Shown here one piece after another: positions 10,164 through 20,490 of a stretch of DNA of 45,693 nucleotides. This stretch comes from Candidatus Parcubacteria bacterium (GTDB lineage Bacteria > Patescibacteriota > Minisyncoccia > JAHIHE01 > JAGLIN01). The DNA is taken from NCBI GenBank assembly GCA_023140775.1, contig JAGLLA010000009.1:1-45693 (forward strand). The letters run 5' to 3'. Each line of letters opens with the position of its first letter. Position 1 is the first letter of the stretch. A model generated the notes under the pieces. That model did no database searches. It had not been told where the DNA came from and saw only the letters and a program-made list of their open reading frames with translations. The position numbers and the translations under genes were made by a program.

Positions 10164-10994
10164 CTAGTTGTAATTATTTCTTGAAATAACCATCAGTTTT
10201 GTACTTGGACCATTGATATTGTATTTTAATATAATTTTATCAATACTATAAAGTAATTTTCCTATTAAATTATTAAGCACTTTACCGTATTTCCCTGAAT
10301 TGTCAAATAAGACAATAATGCTTGCAATAAGATACCAAAGCAATAAGCGAGGTGAATGTAAGAATTTACTATTCAATGGTTTTGACATAAAATAAAAGAT
10401 TGGCTTGATGACTTTTATTTTCATTTCATTTTTTTTAAGCACTTCAATATACCTGCTAAGTGTTCTTAACTTCACATGAAAACTTTCTTGGTAAGAATGT
10501 TTCAAGTAGCTATCCATAATTAATATTATACTTTTTTCGTGTGATATTTTTTTTATATTTTGAATAATTTGCTCAAATTTATCTTCATCTAAAACATGAA
10601 ATAATACATCAAAAACGGTAATAATATCAAATTTTTCTTTTATTGGTAAATCAGGAGATGAAATATCAGCTCTGATGAATTTATACTCAGGATAAGCACT
10701 GCTCAGCTCTTTAACACTTTTTTCTGTTATGTCAATTCCTATAAATTCGGATATTTTCTTTTTTTTCCAATAATTCACATAAAATCCACTTCCAACGCCG
10801 AGTTCTAGGATTTTTTTATTTTCGCATGATATATTATGTTTTTCTATAGTTTGATCCAGAGTCCTTATTCTTGCTTTATAGAGCCATTTATTATATTGTT
10901 CTCCTAGTTTAGCATAGCCAACTCCTTTTAGATTAAAATTTTTTTCTAAGCGTCTTTCCCAAAAATCTTTAGGATTGTATCTTTTTTTGTTCAT
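10164..10994 (-). CDS. Class I SAM-dependent methyltransferase
   Basis: ILELGVGSG, IGIDI, FDIITVFDVLFH. Confidence 0.88.
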   Translation of the reverse strand: MNKKRYNPKDFWERRLEKNFNLKGVGYAKLGEQYNKWLYKARIRTLDQTIEKHNISCENKKILELGVGSGFYVNYWKKKKISEFIGIDITEKSVKELSSAYPEYKFIRADISSPDLPIKEKFDIITVFDVLFHVLDEDKFEQIIQNIKKISHEKSIILIMDSYLKHSYQESFHVKLRTLSRYIEVLKKNEMKIKVIKPIFYFMSKPLNSKFLHSPRLLLWYLIASIIVLFDNSGKYGKVLNNLIGKLLYSIDKIILKYNINGPSTKLMVISRNNYN

Positions 10995-11032
10995 GACTCA
11001 GTCTATTAAAATATTATATCAATTTTTTGAGG

Positions 11033-11959
11033 TTAAGCTATATTATTTTTGCTATTATTTTTTCTTGAAATTTTTACAAACATTTCTCCGATCAATCCAA
11101 GAGAGATGAGTTGAATGCCCACCATAATAAACAAAATTCCTGCAATAAAAAGAGGCAATCTTCCTTGAATATTACCAAAAGTAAGTTTGAGATAGATAAT
11201 ATACATATTAATAACAAATCCTAGAAAAAGAGCAATACTTCCCAGTCCACCAAAGAAATGAGCAGGTCTTTTGAAATATTTAGTCAAAACCATAACTGTC
11301 AGCAGGTCTAGAAATCCGTTGAGAAATCGAATTGGTCCATATTTCGACTTTCCGAATTTTCTTTTGCGGTGATGAACTGGAATTTCAGTAATTTTATAAC
11401 CCTCATTTCCAGCCATCACAGGAATATACCTGTGCATTTGACCGTAGAGATCTAATCCCTTAGCAACTTCACCTTTGTAAGCCTTAAAGCCACAATTAAA
11501 GTCGTGTAATTTTATTTTCGAAAGGAGGGAAGTTACGAAATTAAAGAACTTAGAACTGCTATTTTTTACAAAAGAATCTTTGCGATTTTGTTTCCAGCCT
11601 GAAACAAGGTCGAAGCCTTCATCGATTTTATCGAGAAAATTGGGGATTTCTTGGGGATCATCTTGCAAGTCGGCGTCCATTGTAAAAATTGTTTCACCTA
11701 CTGCTTTTTTGAATCCTGCGCTCAAGGCAGATGCTTTGCCAAAGTTAGTTCGAAAATGTATTCCTGAAATGTGAATGTCTTTTGCAGTTAAATTTTCAAT
11801 AACCTCTTTTGTTTTGTCAGTGCTTCCGTCGTTGACAATGATTATTTCGTAGTTCTTGGTAATGTTTTTCAAAACATCTTTGATTTCGTCACATAAAAAT
11901 GGAAGATTTTCAGCCTCATTATATGCGGGAATTACAATTGATATTTCTTTATTGTTCAT
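11033..11959 (-). CDS. GT2 polyprenol-phosphate glycosyltransferase (GtrB/ArnC/DPM-synthase-like)
   Basis: IVIPAYNE, VNDGSTD, NFGKASAL, MDADLQDDP, DFNCGFKAY, two C-terminal TMs. Confidence 0.94.
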   Translation of the reverse strand: MNNKEISIVIPAYNEAENLPFLCDEIKDVLKNITKNYEIIIVNDGSTDKTKEVIENLTAKDIHISGIHFRTNFGKASALSAGFKKAVGETIFTMDADLQDDPQEIPNFLDKIDEGFDLVSGWKQNRKDSFVKNSSSKFFNFVTSLLSKIKLHDFNCGFKAYKGEVAKGLDLYGQMHRYIPVMAGNEGYKITEIPVHHRKRKFGKSKYGPIRFLNGFLDLLTVMVLTKYFKRPAHFFGGLGSIALFLGFVINMYIIYLKLTFGNIQGRLPLFIAGILFIMVGIQLISLGLIGEMFVKISRKNNSKNNIA

Positions 11960-12046
11960 TTTAAAATTATTTTAACTAATTTGATGATCTTAGTAATAAA
12001 TTACAGTATGTAGTTAGTTATTTTGTAGCTGTTTTTATTAAATTTT

Positions 12047-12420
12047 GCCATTTCAAGCGATAGTGAAGAATCTCGTTAATACTTAACACTTAATCGTACT
12101 GTCATTAGGTGAAACTTCTCATGGAATCATTTATTCTTTCACTAGCTGGTAATGATAGAGTATTTTTCAGTAGATGACTCTTACTTAGAAGATATTAGTT
12201 TTTATTACTTATAATAGTAGTTCACTTTGTTTTCTTTGGCAAACTTTAAATTGCCACTTCGAATCCTGGAGAGTGAGAAACGAGCCCGCCGTAGGCAGGT
12301 CCGTAAACTTTACAATGTAAAAAATTGAAAATTAGATGACATTTATGCAGCTAATTAACCTCTCAAGCGCTGCTCTCGTTTCGAGATGATAAATCCATTT
12401 AGATAAACTCAGGATTGACG
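12047..12420. repeat. Cluster of decayed REP-like palindromic elements
   Basis: TGCCATTTCAAGCG..GAAGAATCTC; TGCCACTTCGAA..GAGTGAGAAA with partner CTCTCA..TTCGAGATGA; embedded CCCGCCGTAGGCAGG. Confidence 0.45.
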
Positions 12421-12474
12421 GACATCGTTTTCTTAGAGAGGTCTTTTGATTTTTAATCTTAAATAATTCAATTA

Positions 12475-13812
12475 TCAAAAAGATGGTAAGGTTTTAATTT
12501 TTTCAACTTCTGAATGATATATAAGCAATCCTTGTGAGATCAAGATAAAAACAATAATCCAATAATAGACTATTTTTTTATCAGCTATTTTATTTTTTTT
12601 AATAAAGAGATTGCTAATTTCATAAATTCCAATTCCAGCTACTATTTGGAAGATAATTAAAATTGGAACAAGATAGCGAAAGGAATAAATTTTGCTAAAC
12701 GCAATTGTGAAAATGAAAAATGAAAAGAAATATATTATCAAAATCAAAAGCTCTTCATTTATTTTCTCTCTTATTCTAATTTTTTTTATTACCAACAAGA
12801 GGAATATTATAAGTATTGATATTATAAAAAGATTAAATGATATTAAAAAAGGATCTGTCAGATATGCTTTTGAAATATCTATAAAGTATAAGATATTGTG
12901 ATTATCGGAGACCATTCTTCTTGCTGTTTCTCCTGAAATTATTTTTTTAATAGATTGAGGGTTTGTGATGATAGTTGGCAGAAACAATATGGAAGTCATA
13001 AAGAAAACCAGAATCCAAATCAAATAATCAGAAATTATTTTTTTAAGTGGTTGTAAGATTTTCTTGTCACTATTTTTTGAGAGTAGGCAATTCAAAATAT
13101 TTCGCTTATAAAATAATAATACAAAAAAACTAAATGGGATCAAAAACAATCCTGATAGCTTTGTGAGAACCGCCCAAGATCCGAAAATTGCTGAAAAAAT
13201 GAGATATTTACCATTGCCTTTTTGACTTGCATATACCAAGAGACTTAAGATGCTGAGGGTGGAAAAAATACCTAAAAATTTATCGGTTGGCGTTGTAAAA
13301 TATATATAATAAGGCGTGGTGACAATAAGTAACAAGGAAAATGCTGTTGCCCATTTTGATGTTCCCAGTTTTTGCAAGAGATGATATAAAGAAAAAATAA
13401 AGAGAACAATAACTGAAAATATAGGTATGTTTAGTAAAAAACTGATTTGTTTATATGCGTTGTATATTTGTGCATTCTGTGAGTTGTCATTGATTATATT
13501 ATAGCCGACGCCAGATTCATTAAGAGAGATCATGAAATTGGCAATTAAATTAAAATCATAATTTAGAATTTCCATAAAAGGACCAACTGCCCACATCACC
13601 ATAATGCCTGGATGATATGATTGAATGAGGTTTGAAAAATCAAGGGCAATGAGATTATCAAAGAAAAATCGAGATCTGTACATCCAGAGAAGTTCGTCAA
13701 GATTTGTGAAATTCATAGAATGTTTTATTTTGAAAAAAAATAAAAATAAAATTCCGATAATTATTATCAGAAGAACTAAAAAAAAGTCTTTTAATTTTGC
13801 ATTTGTTTTCAT
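12475..13812 (-). CDS. GT-C fold membrane glycosyltransferase (ArnT/PMT-like)
   Basis: About 11 TMs; first-loop NLDELLW..RS and HPG motifs; LTK; SFRYLVP. Confidence 0.78.
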   Translation of the reverse strand: MKTNAKLKDFFLVLLIIIIGILFLFFFKIKHSMNFTNLDELLWMYRSRFFFDNLIALDFSNLIQSYHPGIMVMWAVGPFMEILNYDFNLIANFMISLNESGVGYNIINDNSQNAQIYNAYKQISFLLNIPIFSVIVLFIFSLYHLLQKLGTSKWATAFSLLLIVTTPYYIYFTTPTDKFLGIFSTLSILSLLVYASQKGNGKYLIFSAIFGSWAVLTKLSGLFLIPFSFFVLLFYKRNILNCLLSKNSDKKILQPLKKIISDYLIWILVFFMTSILFLPTIITNPQSIKKIISGETARRMVSDNHNILYFIDISKAYLTDPFLISFNLFIISILIIFLLLVIKKIRIREKINEELLILIIYFFSFFIFTIAFSKIYSFRYLVPILIIFQIVAGIGIYEISNLFIKKNKIADKKIVYYWIIVFILISQGLLIYHSEVEKIKTLPSF

Positions 13813-13862
13813 TTTTTAAACATTGCGATTTTAAATGTTTTGTGTCTATTTGCAAATTCAAC

Positions 13863-15194
13863 CTACCATAGCGTCGTGAACAGTGCTCCGTTGAGAATGA
13901 GAAATATAATTTGTAATATAATAGTCATAAAAAATATCGAGACATAAAAAATATTTTTGAATTTTTCGCTAGTGTTGTTTCTTTGAGCTATAATTTCCAC
14001 AACGCCGTAAAGTCCGATGGCTGCTAGTATGTTTAACATAATCAAAGCTGGAGTCATAAAGCGAGTGTCGCTATTGTCACTTATTGAGATAACCATAATA
14101 ATAAATAGTATTATGTAAGCGCTTATAATATTTATGTGTTTTGTGGGCAAATCTTTGAAAATATTATTATATTTTTTATTGTGCCTGATAAATAAAAATG
14201 ATAATAGTGATAAAAAGAATATATGAGAAAGGTATTGAGTTAGTATGGATAAGGATAAGCTGGCATATTTTAGCAAGCCTCCTGTGATTGGATTGTCAAT
14301 TGCTGGATTATTCGAAATAATGGCATTTGATCTAAAAACAAGATCATAGACCTCATTGGGATTGGTAATGATAGAAGGTAGGAAAATAATGTTTACTAAG
14401 GTAAATATAAAAATCCAGGTAAAATAATCCTTGAAGATCATTTTTAATTTTTCTTTGTTAAGGGGCCATCTGTAATAGATGAAAATCGAAAAATAAAATG
14501 GCAAGACAAACAGAGCTGATATTTTTGAAAGAACAGCCCAGGCACCAAAGACAGCAGAAAAAATCAAATATTTTTGATTTTCTCTTTTTGGGAGATAGAC
14601 AAGAATTGTCAGAAAGCTGAGCGTCATAAAAAAATTAAGCATTTTGTCAGAAGGTGTGGTCCAAAATTGCAAATATGTATTTGTGACAATAAACAGTAAT
14701 GAAAACGAAGCAATAATTCTGCCGAATCCAATTTTTTTCACGAGGTAATAAAAAGCAATAAAAAAAAGCACCAGTAACAGAAATAGTGGTGTATTAAAGG
14801 CAAAGCTTATTGTTTCATATGCTTTGTATGTTGCCATGTCGTGATTGTTGATGGCATAGTTGAAATCTAGCCCTTCGACTTCTTTGTCTGCAATTTTGAC
14901 CATCACATCATTAAAATCAAAATTGAAAAATTTCATCATAAAGCCCGTGAACCAATAGACGGTAATTCCTGGTTGAGCTGATTGGATCAGCCCCGAAAAG
15001 TCAAAAGCAAGAATTTTACTCCAAAAAATATCCGATCGATAATGCCAGAGCATTTCATCGAGATTTGGAAAGCTCCAAAAATTATTGATTTTATAAATGG
15101 CAGAGACGAGAAAGCCAGAAAAAATTATAAAAAGAACACAAACAAATTCTTCCAGTTTTTTGTAGTGTGATTTAAAATCAGATATTAAATTCAT
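13863..15194 (-). CDS. GT-C fold membrane glycosyltransferase, paralogue of 12475-13812
   Basis: NLDEMLWHYRS..QPG, LSK, TRFMTP; start moved to ATG 15194 because the ORF-track extension runs through tRNA-Leu. Confidence 0.78.
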   Translation of the reverse strand: MNLISDFKSHYKKLEEFVCVLFIIFSGFLVSAIYKINNFWSFPNLDEMLWHYRSDIFWSKILAFDFSGLIQSAQPGITVYWFTGFMMKFFNFDFNDVMVKIADKEVEGLDFNYAINNHDMATYKAYETISFAFNTPLFLLLVLFFIAFYYLVKKIGFGRIIASFSLLFIVTNTYLQFWTTPSDKMLNFFMTLSFLTILVYLPKRENQKYLIFSAVFGAWAVLSKISALFVLPFYFSIFIYYRWPLNKEKLKMIFKDYFTWIFIFTLVNIIFLPSIITNPNEVYDLVFRSNAIISNNPAIDNPITGGLLKYASLSLSILTQYLSHIFFLSLLSFLFIRHNKKYNNIFKDLPTKHINIISAYIILFIIMVISISDNSDTRFMTPALIMLNILAAIGLYGVVEIIAQRNNTSEKFKNIFYVSIFFMTIILQIIFLILNGALFTTLW

Positions 15195-15234
15195 AATACA
15201 TTCCCTTAGAATGAATTTATTTAACAAATTTGTG

Positions 15235-15314
15235 TGCAGGCGGTGGGAGTCGAACCCACAATCCGAGGAACATGGTCCTAAACCATGCGCGTATGCCAAT
15301 TCCGCCACGCCTGC
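15235..15314 (-). tRNA. tRNA-Leu(TAG), CCA not encoded
   Basis: GCAGGCG/CGCCTGC-A acceptor; anticodon arm CATGG-TTTAGGA-CCATG; variable arm; GGTTCGACTCC. Confidence 0.96.
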
Positions 15315-15357
15315 AAAAAACAGCAATATACTAATAATATACTAATTTCTGAAAAAA

Positions 15358-16293
15358 TCAAGCCTGCGTTCGTTTTGAATGAAATTTTTTGTGAATATCT
15401 TTGAGGTGTTTGTTCGTGATGTGGGTATAGATTTGAGTTGTGGTTATGCTTGAATGTCCCAGCATTGATTGAACTGATCTGATGTCCGCGCCGTTGGTCA
15501 ATAGGTCTGTGGCAAAGCTATGCCTGAGGGTGTGAGGTGTGACCTTTTTGACAATGCCAGCTTTTGTAGCGCATAATCTTACGATTCTTTGAACACTTCT
15601 GGGAGTCAATCTGAGAGACGAAGCAGTGTCAGCTCTATTTTTTTTGTTTGATTTTTTGAAATGAATAAAAAGAGCTGGATCGACATCCTTTCTTTTTTTG
15701 AGATACTCAAGCAGTACTTTTTTGGCAGAATCAGAAATGAAGACGATTCTAATCTTTCCACCTTTTCCTCTAATCGAGAATTCTCCACTTTTCAAATTTA
15801 TACTGTCTCTGTTTAAGTTGGATAGTTCGGAAACTCGAAGTCCAGTTGAAAACAAAAGTTCTAAAATAGCATTGTTTCGTAAATCTGCAATATTATTCCC
15901 TTTTGATGCAGAAATAAGCCTTTTCATTTCATCTAGCTCCAGAAATTCAACCTCTCGGTCTTCAGTTTTTCCCAGCTCAATTTTCTCGCTAGGTAGAGAT
16001 TGAATGTCTCGTTTGGCAAGATAAGCCAAAAATCCACGAATGGCAATTATATAATAATCTTGAGTCACTTTTTTTAGACCATCTCCTTTTTCATTACAAT
16101 ATCTGTTTAGATAGAGTCGAAACTTTCTAACCAGATTACTTGTAATATTTTCAGGACGACTAATTTCAGACCACTCGAAAAAACGTGACAAATAGTGGTC
16201 ATAATTTCTGATAGTGAGCGGGGATCGATTTTTTTCAATTTCAAGATACTCTAGATACTCACTTTTTAGCTTAGTTATTTCTTTTATTGACAT
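15358..16293 (-). CDS. XerC/XerD-family tyrosine recombinase
   Basis: STGLRVSE, GKGGK, HTLRHSFAT, LGHSSITTTQIY (R-K-H-R-H-Y) with N-terminal SAM-like domain. Confidence 0.94.
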   Translation of the reverse strand: MSIKEITKLKSEYLEYLEIEKNRSPLTIRNYDHYLSRFFEWSEISRPENITSNLVRKFRLYLNRYCNEKGDGLKKVTQDYYIIAIRGFLAYLAKRDIQSLPSEKIELGKTEDREVEFLELDEMKRLISASKGNNIADLRNNAILELLFSTGLRVSELSNLNRDSINLKSGEFSIRGKGGKIRIVFISDSAKKVLLEYLKKRKDVDPALFIHFKKSNKKNRADTASSLRLTPRSVQRIVRLCATKAGIVKKVTPHTLRHSFATDLLTNGADIRSVQSMLGHSSITTTQIYTHITNKHLKDIHKKFHSKRTQA

Positions 16294-16435
16294 ATTATCG
16301 TAGTATGTTAGTATATCTTTGCTCAAAGAAAGATAGACTAGGTGAATTATATTAATATATTTTGCTTAGGTTTTTTGTGTTAATATCACGACCCAATAAC
16401 TAGATATGATTATATTCTAGGACAAAATTGGTCAC

Positions 16436-16464
16436 TTGTCTATTCTTTGGTTTTGTGCTATTAT
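16436..16464 (+). promoter_or_regulatory. Sigma70-type promoter for rpsO operon
   Basis: TTGTCT-N17-TATTAT with extended -10 TG. Confidence 0.55.
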
Positions 16465-16579
16465 TTCTATATGAAAAAAGTGTTTTGTATAACGGTTTGT
16501 CAATCGATTAATTATCATAAGGGTTGTATAATTTACTGTTATCTGAAATGAAAAATTTACTTAATTAATAATTAAAAAG

Positions 16580-16894
16580 ATGATTAAAAAAGAAAAAAAG
16601 AAAAAAATCATGAAGACCTATAGGGCGCATGATGATGATACAGGATCTTCTGAGATTCAAGTAGCAATCCTGACGGAAAGAATCAAAGAACTTACCTCTC
16701 ATTTGAAAGATAATCACAAGGACAATCATTCCAGAAGAGGTCTTTTACAAATGGTGGCTAAGAGAAAGAAACTGCTCAAGGACATCCAAGGAAGAAGCGA
16801 AGAAAGATATGGAAAAATTGTCACATCGTTAAAGTTAAAAGCAGCTAAATCACTCAAAAAAGCTGATGATTCAAAAAAAGAGGATGAAAAATAA
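16580..16894 (+). CDS. rpsO: 30S ribosomal protein S15 with charged C-terminal extension
   Basis: DTGSSEIQVAILTERI..HLK..HKDNHSRRGLLQMVAKRKKLL. Confidence 0.98.
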   Translation: MIKKEKKKKIMKTYRAHDDDTGSSEIQVAILTERIKELTSHLKDNHKDNHSRRGLLQMVAKRKKLLKDIQGRSEERYGKIVTSLKLKAAKSLKKADDSKKEDEK

Positions 16895-17438
16895 TAGCAG
16901 TAATGCTAGTAATAAAAAAGAAGACATTGATTACAAGAGCTTGAAACACAAAGATCAGAGGATTGGGGTTTTTGTTGACGCTCAAAATATGTATCACAGC
17001 GCCAGAAATTTATATCAAGCGCGAGTAAATTTCAAAAATGTGCTAGAGGTGGCGGTTTCAGGGAGAATTTTGATTAGAGCGATAACTTATGTTATCAAAA
17101 CTGAAAGTGGTGAAGAAAAATCTTTTTTTGAAGCAATGGAAAAACTGGGATTCGAGATCAAGGAAAAGGATTTACAAATTTTTCCAGGTGGCCAGAAAAA
17201 AGCTGATTGGGATGTTGGACTTGCAGTTGATACGATCAAACTTGCTGACAAACTTGATGTAGTCGTGATCGTCTCAGGTGACGGAGATTACGAGCCATTA
17301 GTTGAATATCTGAAAGTGAATAAAGGATGTCGGGTAGAAACTGTCGCTTTTGGAGAAAGCACCTCGAGTAAGCTGATCGATATTGCAGATGAATTCACCG
17401 ATTTGAGCAAAGATAAAAAAAGATTCCTAATAAAATAG
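16884..17438 (+). CDS. NYN (LabA/DUF88, PIN-like) domain protein
   Basis: VFVDAQNMY, KADWDVGLAVD, VSGDGDY, ADEFTDL; start uncertain (16866 or 16884). Confidence 0.92.
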   Translation: MKNNSSNASNKKEDIDYKSLKHKDQRIGVFVDAQNMYHSARNLYQARVNFKNVLEVAVSGRILIRAITYVIKTESGEEKSFFEAMEKLGFEIKEKDLQIFPGGQKKADWDVGLAVDTIKLADKLDVVVIVSGDGDYEPLVEYLKVNKGCRVETVAFGESTSSKLIDIADEFTDLSKDKKRFLIK

Positions 17439-17647
17439 CTTCTTATGGTCTTAAATTTGTGAATTTTAAAATTTTTTATACCGTGATTCTGAAAGAGTGA
17501 AACGATTGAAGAATCCCGTGAGATGTTACATCTGGTATTGATATGCAATATTTCTTTTCAGTAATAATGGAATCATTACTGTCGTATCTTTCTTATAATG
17601 ACAATATTATTTCAATATTTTGAACAATTCAATAATTTATATTTATT

Positions 17648-17824
17648 ATGTTCGAGAAGTTAAAACAAAAATTAAGAAATAAATTCAAAAAATTAAGAAA
17701 AGCTATTTTTTTGGCTTTTGTTTCTTATATTTACGATAAAGTTACAAACAGGAAAGATAAGAAAAAATACATTGAAGATGTGGATTATAAGGTTGAAAAA
17801 AAAGATGTTGATAAACTGAAATAG
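17648..17824 (+). CDS. Small hypothetical protein (58 aa, below the ORF-track cut-off)
   Basis: MFEKLKQKLRNKFKKLRKAIFLAFVSYIYDKVTNRKDKKKYIEDVDYKVEKKDVDKLK; co-oriented with flanking genes. Confidence 0.55.
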   Translation: MFEKLKQKLRNKFKKLRKAIFLAFVSYIYDKVTNRKDKKKYIEDVDYKVEKKDVDKLK

Positions 17825-18017
17825 TTTTTTGTCATTTTCTTGTAGGGGAGAATTGCATTCGCCCAAAAAAACAAAAAAAGAATCCCGCAAGAAGTTTCAC
17901 AAGTTTATAAAATAAAATTTTAGTTGTCGACTGGAGTGAAGCGAGGTACGAACAAGCGGAATGGAGAAATCGCTTTTAATCTCGTATGATTATTAAAAAT
18001 ATAATTTGAAAATCAAT

Positions 18018-18072
18018 TGGAGTTCAGGTTTTAACCTGTAAAATGTATTTACAGACTGAAGTCTGAACTCCA
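18018..18072. repeat. REP/REPIN-like palindrome
   Basis: TGGAGTTCAGGTTTTAACCTGTAAA..TTTACAGACTGAAGTCTGAACTCCA, an inverted pair with internal palindromes. Confidence 0.7.
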
Positions 18073-18207
18073 GAAGTATATTTATGGTTTAGAGCTAATA
18101 ATAACTAATTAATCAATTTACTGATCTATAAACAATTAGATTATAATATTGTTTCAAAAACAATATCGTCTAGAGTTTGCAGGTCAGTAAATTAAAGGAA
18201 AACGAAA

Positions 18208-20289
18208 ATGGATGTAAAAACATTTAAAAAAGAAATTGCTGGAAGAGAGCTGATAATTGAGACTGGTAAAATGGCAAATCAAGCCAATGGTTCTGTGACC
18301 GTGCAGTACGGAGATACAGTACTTTTGGCAACTGCTACAATGAGTGACAGACAAAGAGAAGGTATTAATTATTTCCCCTTGATGGTTGACTATGAAGAGC
18401 GGCTTTATGCAGCTGGAAAGATCAAAGGGAGCAGATTTATGAAAAGAGAAGGAAGACCAACTGACGAAGCGGTTCTTTCGGGAAGAATGACAGACAGAAT
18501 CCTCAGACCTCTTTTTGATGGTAGAGTACGAAATGATATTCAAGTCGTCATCACGATCTTGTCAGTGGATCAAGAAAATGATCCTGATTTTTGTGCCATT
18601 ATTGGAGCATCATTGGCCTTGGCAATTTCTGACATACCCTGGAACGGTCCAGTCGGAGTTGTCCGCGTGGCAAAAGTTGATGGTAAAATTGTTGCTAATC
18701 CGACATACGAACAAAGAGCTGCAAGTCAGTATGAGATTATTATTGCAGGAAAAGGTGATAAGATAAATATGGTGGAAGCGGGAGGAAAAGAAGCTCCAGA
18801 GGCTGAGATCATGGAGGCATTCAAATTTTCATCGCAATATGTCAAAGAATTGACCGATTTTCAAATTGATATCATTTCTCAAATTGGAAAGACAAAAAAG
18901 GCAGTGAAGCTGGTCAAAGCTGATGATGAGATCGAGGAAGAGATCAGGCAATTTCTTTCTGCCAAAGTATATGAACTTAATTTTAGCACTCCCAAAGCAG
19001 AGCAGAGTATGAAAAGAGAAGAATTTAACAAAGAGTTAAAGGATTTTGTGGTTGGAAAATATGGAGAAGGAATGTTGTCAGTCGCGAAAATTATCGAAGA
19101 AGAAGAGACCGACGCCTTAATGCACAAAAGTATTCTCGAAGAAGATAAGAGGCCAGACGGAAGAAAAATGGACGAAGTGAGAGAGATTAGCAGTGAAGTA
19201 GGGGTTCTACCGAGAACCCATGGCTCAGGACTGTTCAATCGTGGAGCGACGCAAGCTTTGACTGTTGCCACCTTGGGATCTCCTGGGGATGAGCAAACTC
19301 TTGATGGCATGGAGGAAAATGGTACAAAGAGATTTATGCATCATTATACTTTTCCAGCATTTTCAGTTGGGGAAGTTGCGCCTAATAGAGGTCCTGGTCG
19401 AAGAGAGATCGGACATGGAGCTTTGGCAGAGAAAGCTCTTTGTTCAATGATTCCCGACAAGGAAAGTTTCCCGTATACAATCAGACTTGTATCTGAAATT
19501 CTCTCATCAAATGGATCATCGTCGATGGCTAGTGTTTGCGGAAGTTCACTTTCCTTGATGGATGCTGGCGTGCCAATTGAAAGACCTGTGGCTGGAATCG
19601 CCATGGGATTGATTACTGGAGAAAAAGGGCAACATAAAGTGCTGACTGATATTCAAGGTCCGGAGGATCATTATGGTGATATGGATTTCAAGATTGCGGG
19701 AACTTCCAAGGGAATTAATGCGATGCAAATGGATGTCAAACTTGAGGGCATTTCGCTTGATATAATTGAAGAAACGATTGTGGCGGCTAGAAAAGCAAGA
19801 ATGCATATTATTGATATTATGAATAAATCAATTGCTCAAACAAGAGAAGATCTGTCTCCTTATGCACCAAGAATTACAACTCTTCGAATCAATCCAGAAA
19901 AAATTAGAGATGTCATTGGTCCTGGCGGAAAAGTTATCAACGAAATTATTGCTGAAACTGACGTAGCGATTGATATTGAAGATGACGGACTCGTTCTGAT
20001 AACAGCAAAAAATTCCGAAGGTGCGAAGAAAGCAGAAGAATGGATTAAGAATCTTACTAGAGAAATCGTCGCAGGCGAAGTTTTTCAAGGAACCGTTGTT
20101 AAGATACTGGACTTCGGGGCATTCGTCGAACTTCTTCCTGGTAAAGATGGGTTAGTTCATATTTCAGAACTTGCCGAAAGTCGGGTTGAGAAAGTTGAAG
20201 ATGTTGTAAAAGTTGGCGATTCGATCAAGGTCAAAGTCAAGGAAATTGATGCTCAAGGAAGAATTAATTTAACTCATAAGGGAGTATAA
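18208..20289 (+). CDS. pnp: Polyribonucleotide nucleotidyltransferase (PNPase)
   Basis: Two RNase PH domains (FPLMVDYEE, RREIGHGALAE, SNGSSSMASVC, GDMDFKIAG), KH (IGPGGK) and S1 (FGAFVEL). Confidence 0.99.
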   Translation: MDVKTFKKEIAGRELIIETGKMANQANGSVTVQYGDTVLLATATMSDRQREGINYFPLMVDYEERLYAAGKIKGSRFMKREGRPTDEAVLSGRMTDRILRPLFDGRVRNDIQVVITILSVDQENDPDFCAIIGASLALAISDIPWNGPVGVVRVAKVDGKIVANPTYEQRAASQYEIIIAGKGDKINMVEAGGKEAPEAEIMEAFKFSSQYVKELTDFQIDIISQIGKTKKAVKLVKADDEIEEEIRQFLSAKVYELNFSTPKAEQSMKREEFNKELKDFVVGKYGEGMLSVAKIIEEEETDALMHKSILEEDKRPDGRKMDEVREISSEVGVLPRTHGSGLFNRGATQALTVATLGSPGDEQTLDGMEENGTKRFMHHYTFPAFSVGEVAPNRGPGRREIGHGALAEKALCSMIPDKESFPYTIRLVSEILSSNGSSSMASVCGSSLSLMDAGVPIERPVAGIAMGLITGEKGQHKVLTDIQGPEDHYGDMDFKIAGTSKGINAMQMDVKLEGISLDIIEETIVAARKARMHIIDIMNKSIAQTREDLSPYAPRITTLRINPEKIRDVIGPGGKVINEIIAETDVAIDIEDDGLVLITAKNSEGAKKAEEWIKNLTREIVAGEVFQGTVVKILDFGAFVELLPGKDGLVHISELAESRVEKVEDVVKVGDSIKVKVKEIDAQGRINLTHKGV

Positions 20290-20490
20290 GAGGTAGTAAA
20301 AGTCCGCTGATCAGATAATCTCAATGTGCCTCCTTTGAAGAAAATCTTCCCGAATGACAGTTTGTTCGTAATGGTTTCAGGGAGTTATTTTGTGTTTTAA
20401 AATAATTTATTTATCTTTTTAAAGATAAAAATTTTGCGTTAGATAAGTTAGATAATTATATATAATTTATATAAATTTAATAAAACATCT

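Noticed and set aside
15195..15326. N-terminal extension of the 487 aa ORF
   Set aside because: It is a translation of tRNA-Leu; the paralogue supports the start at 15194.
7186..16293. Integrative island mobilised by the tyrosine recombinase at tRNA-Leu
   Set aside because: The recombinase is on the tRNA 5' side and looks like housekeeping Xer; I found no duplicated tRNA-Leu 3' end.
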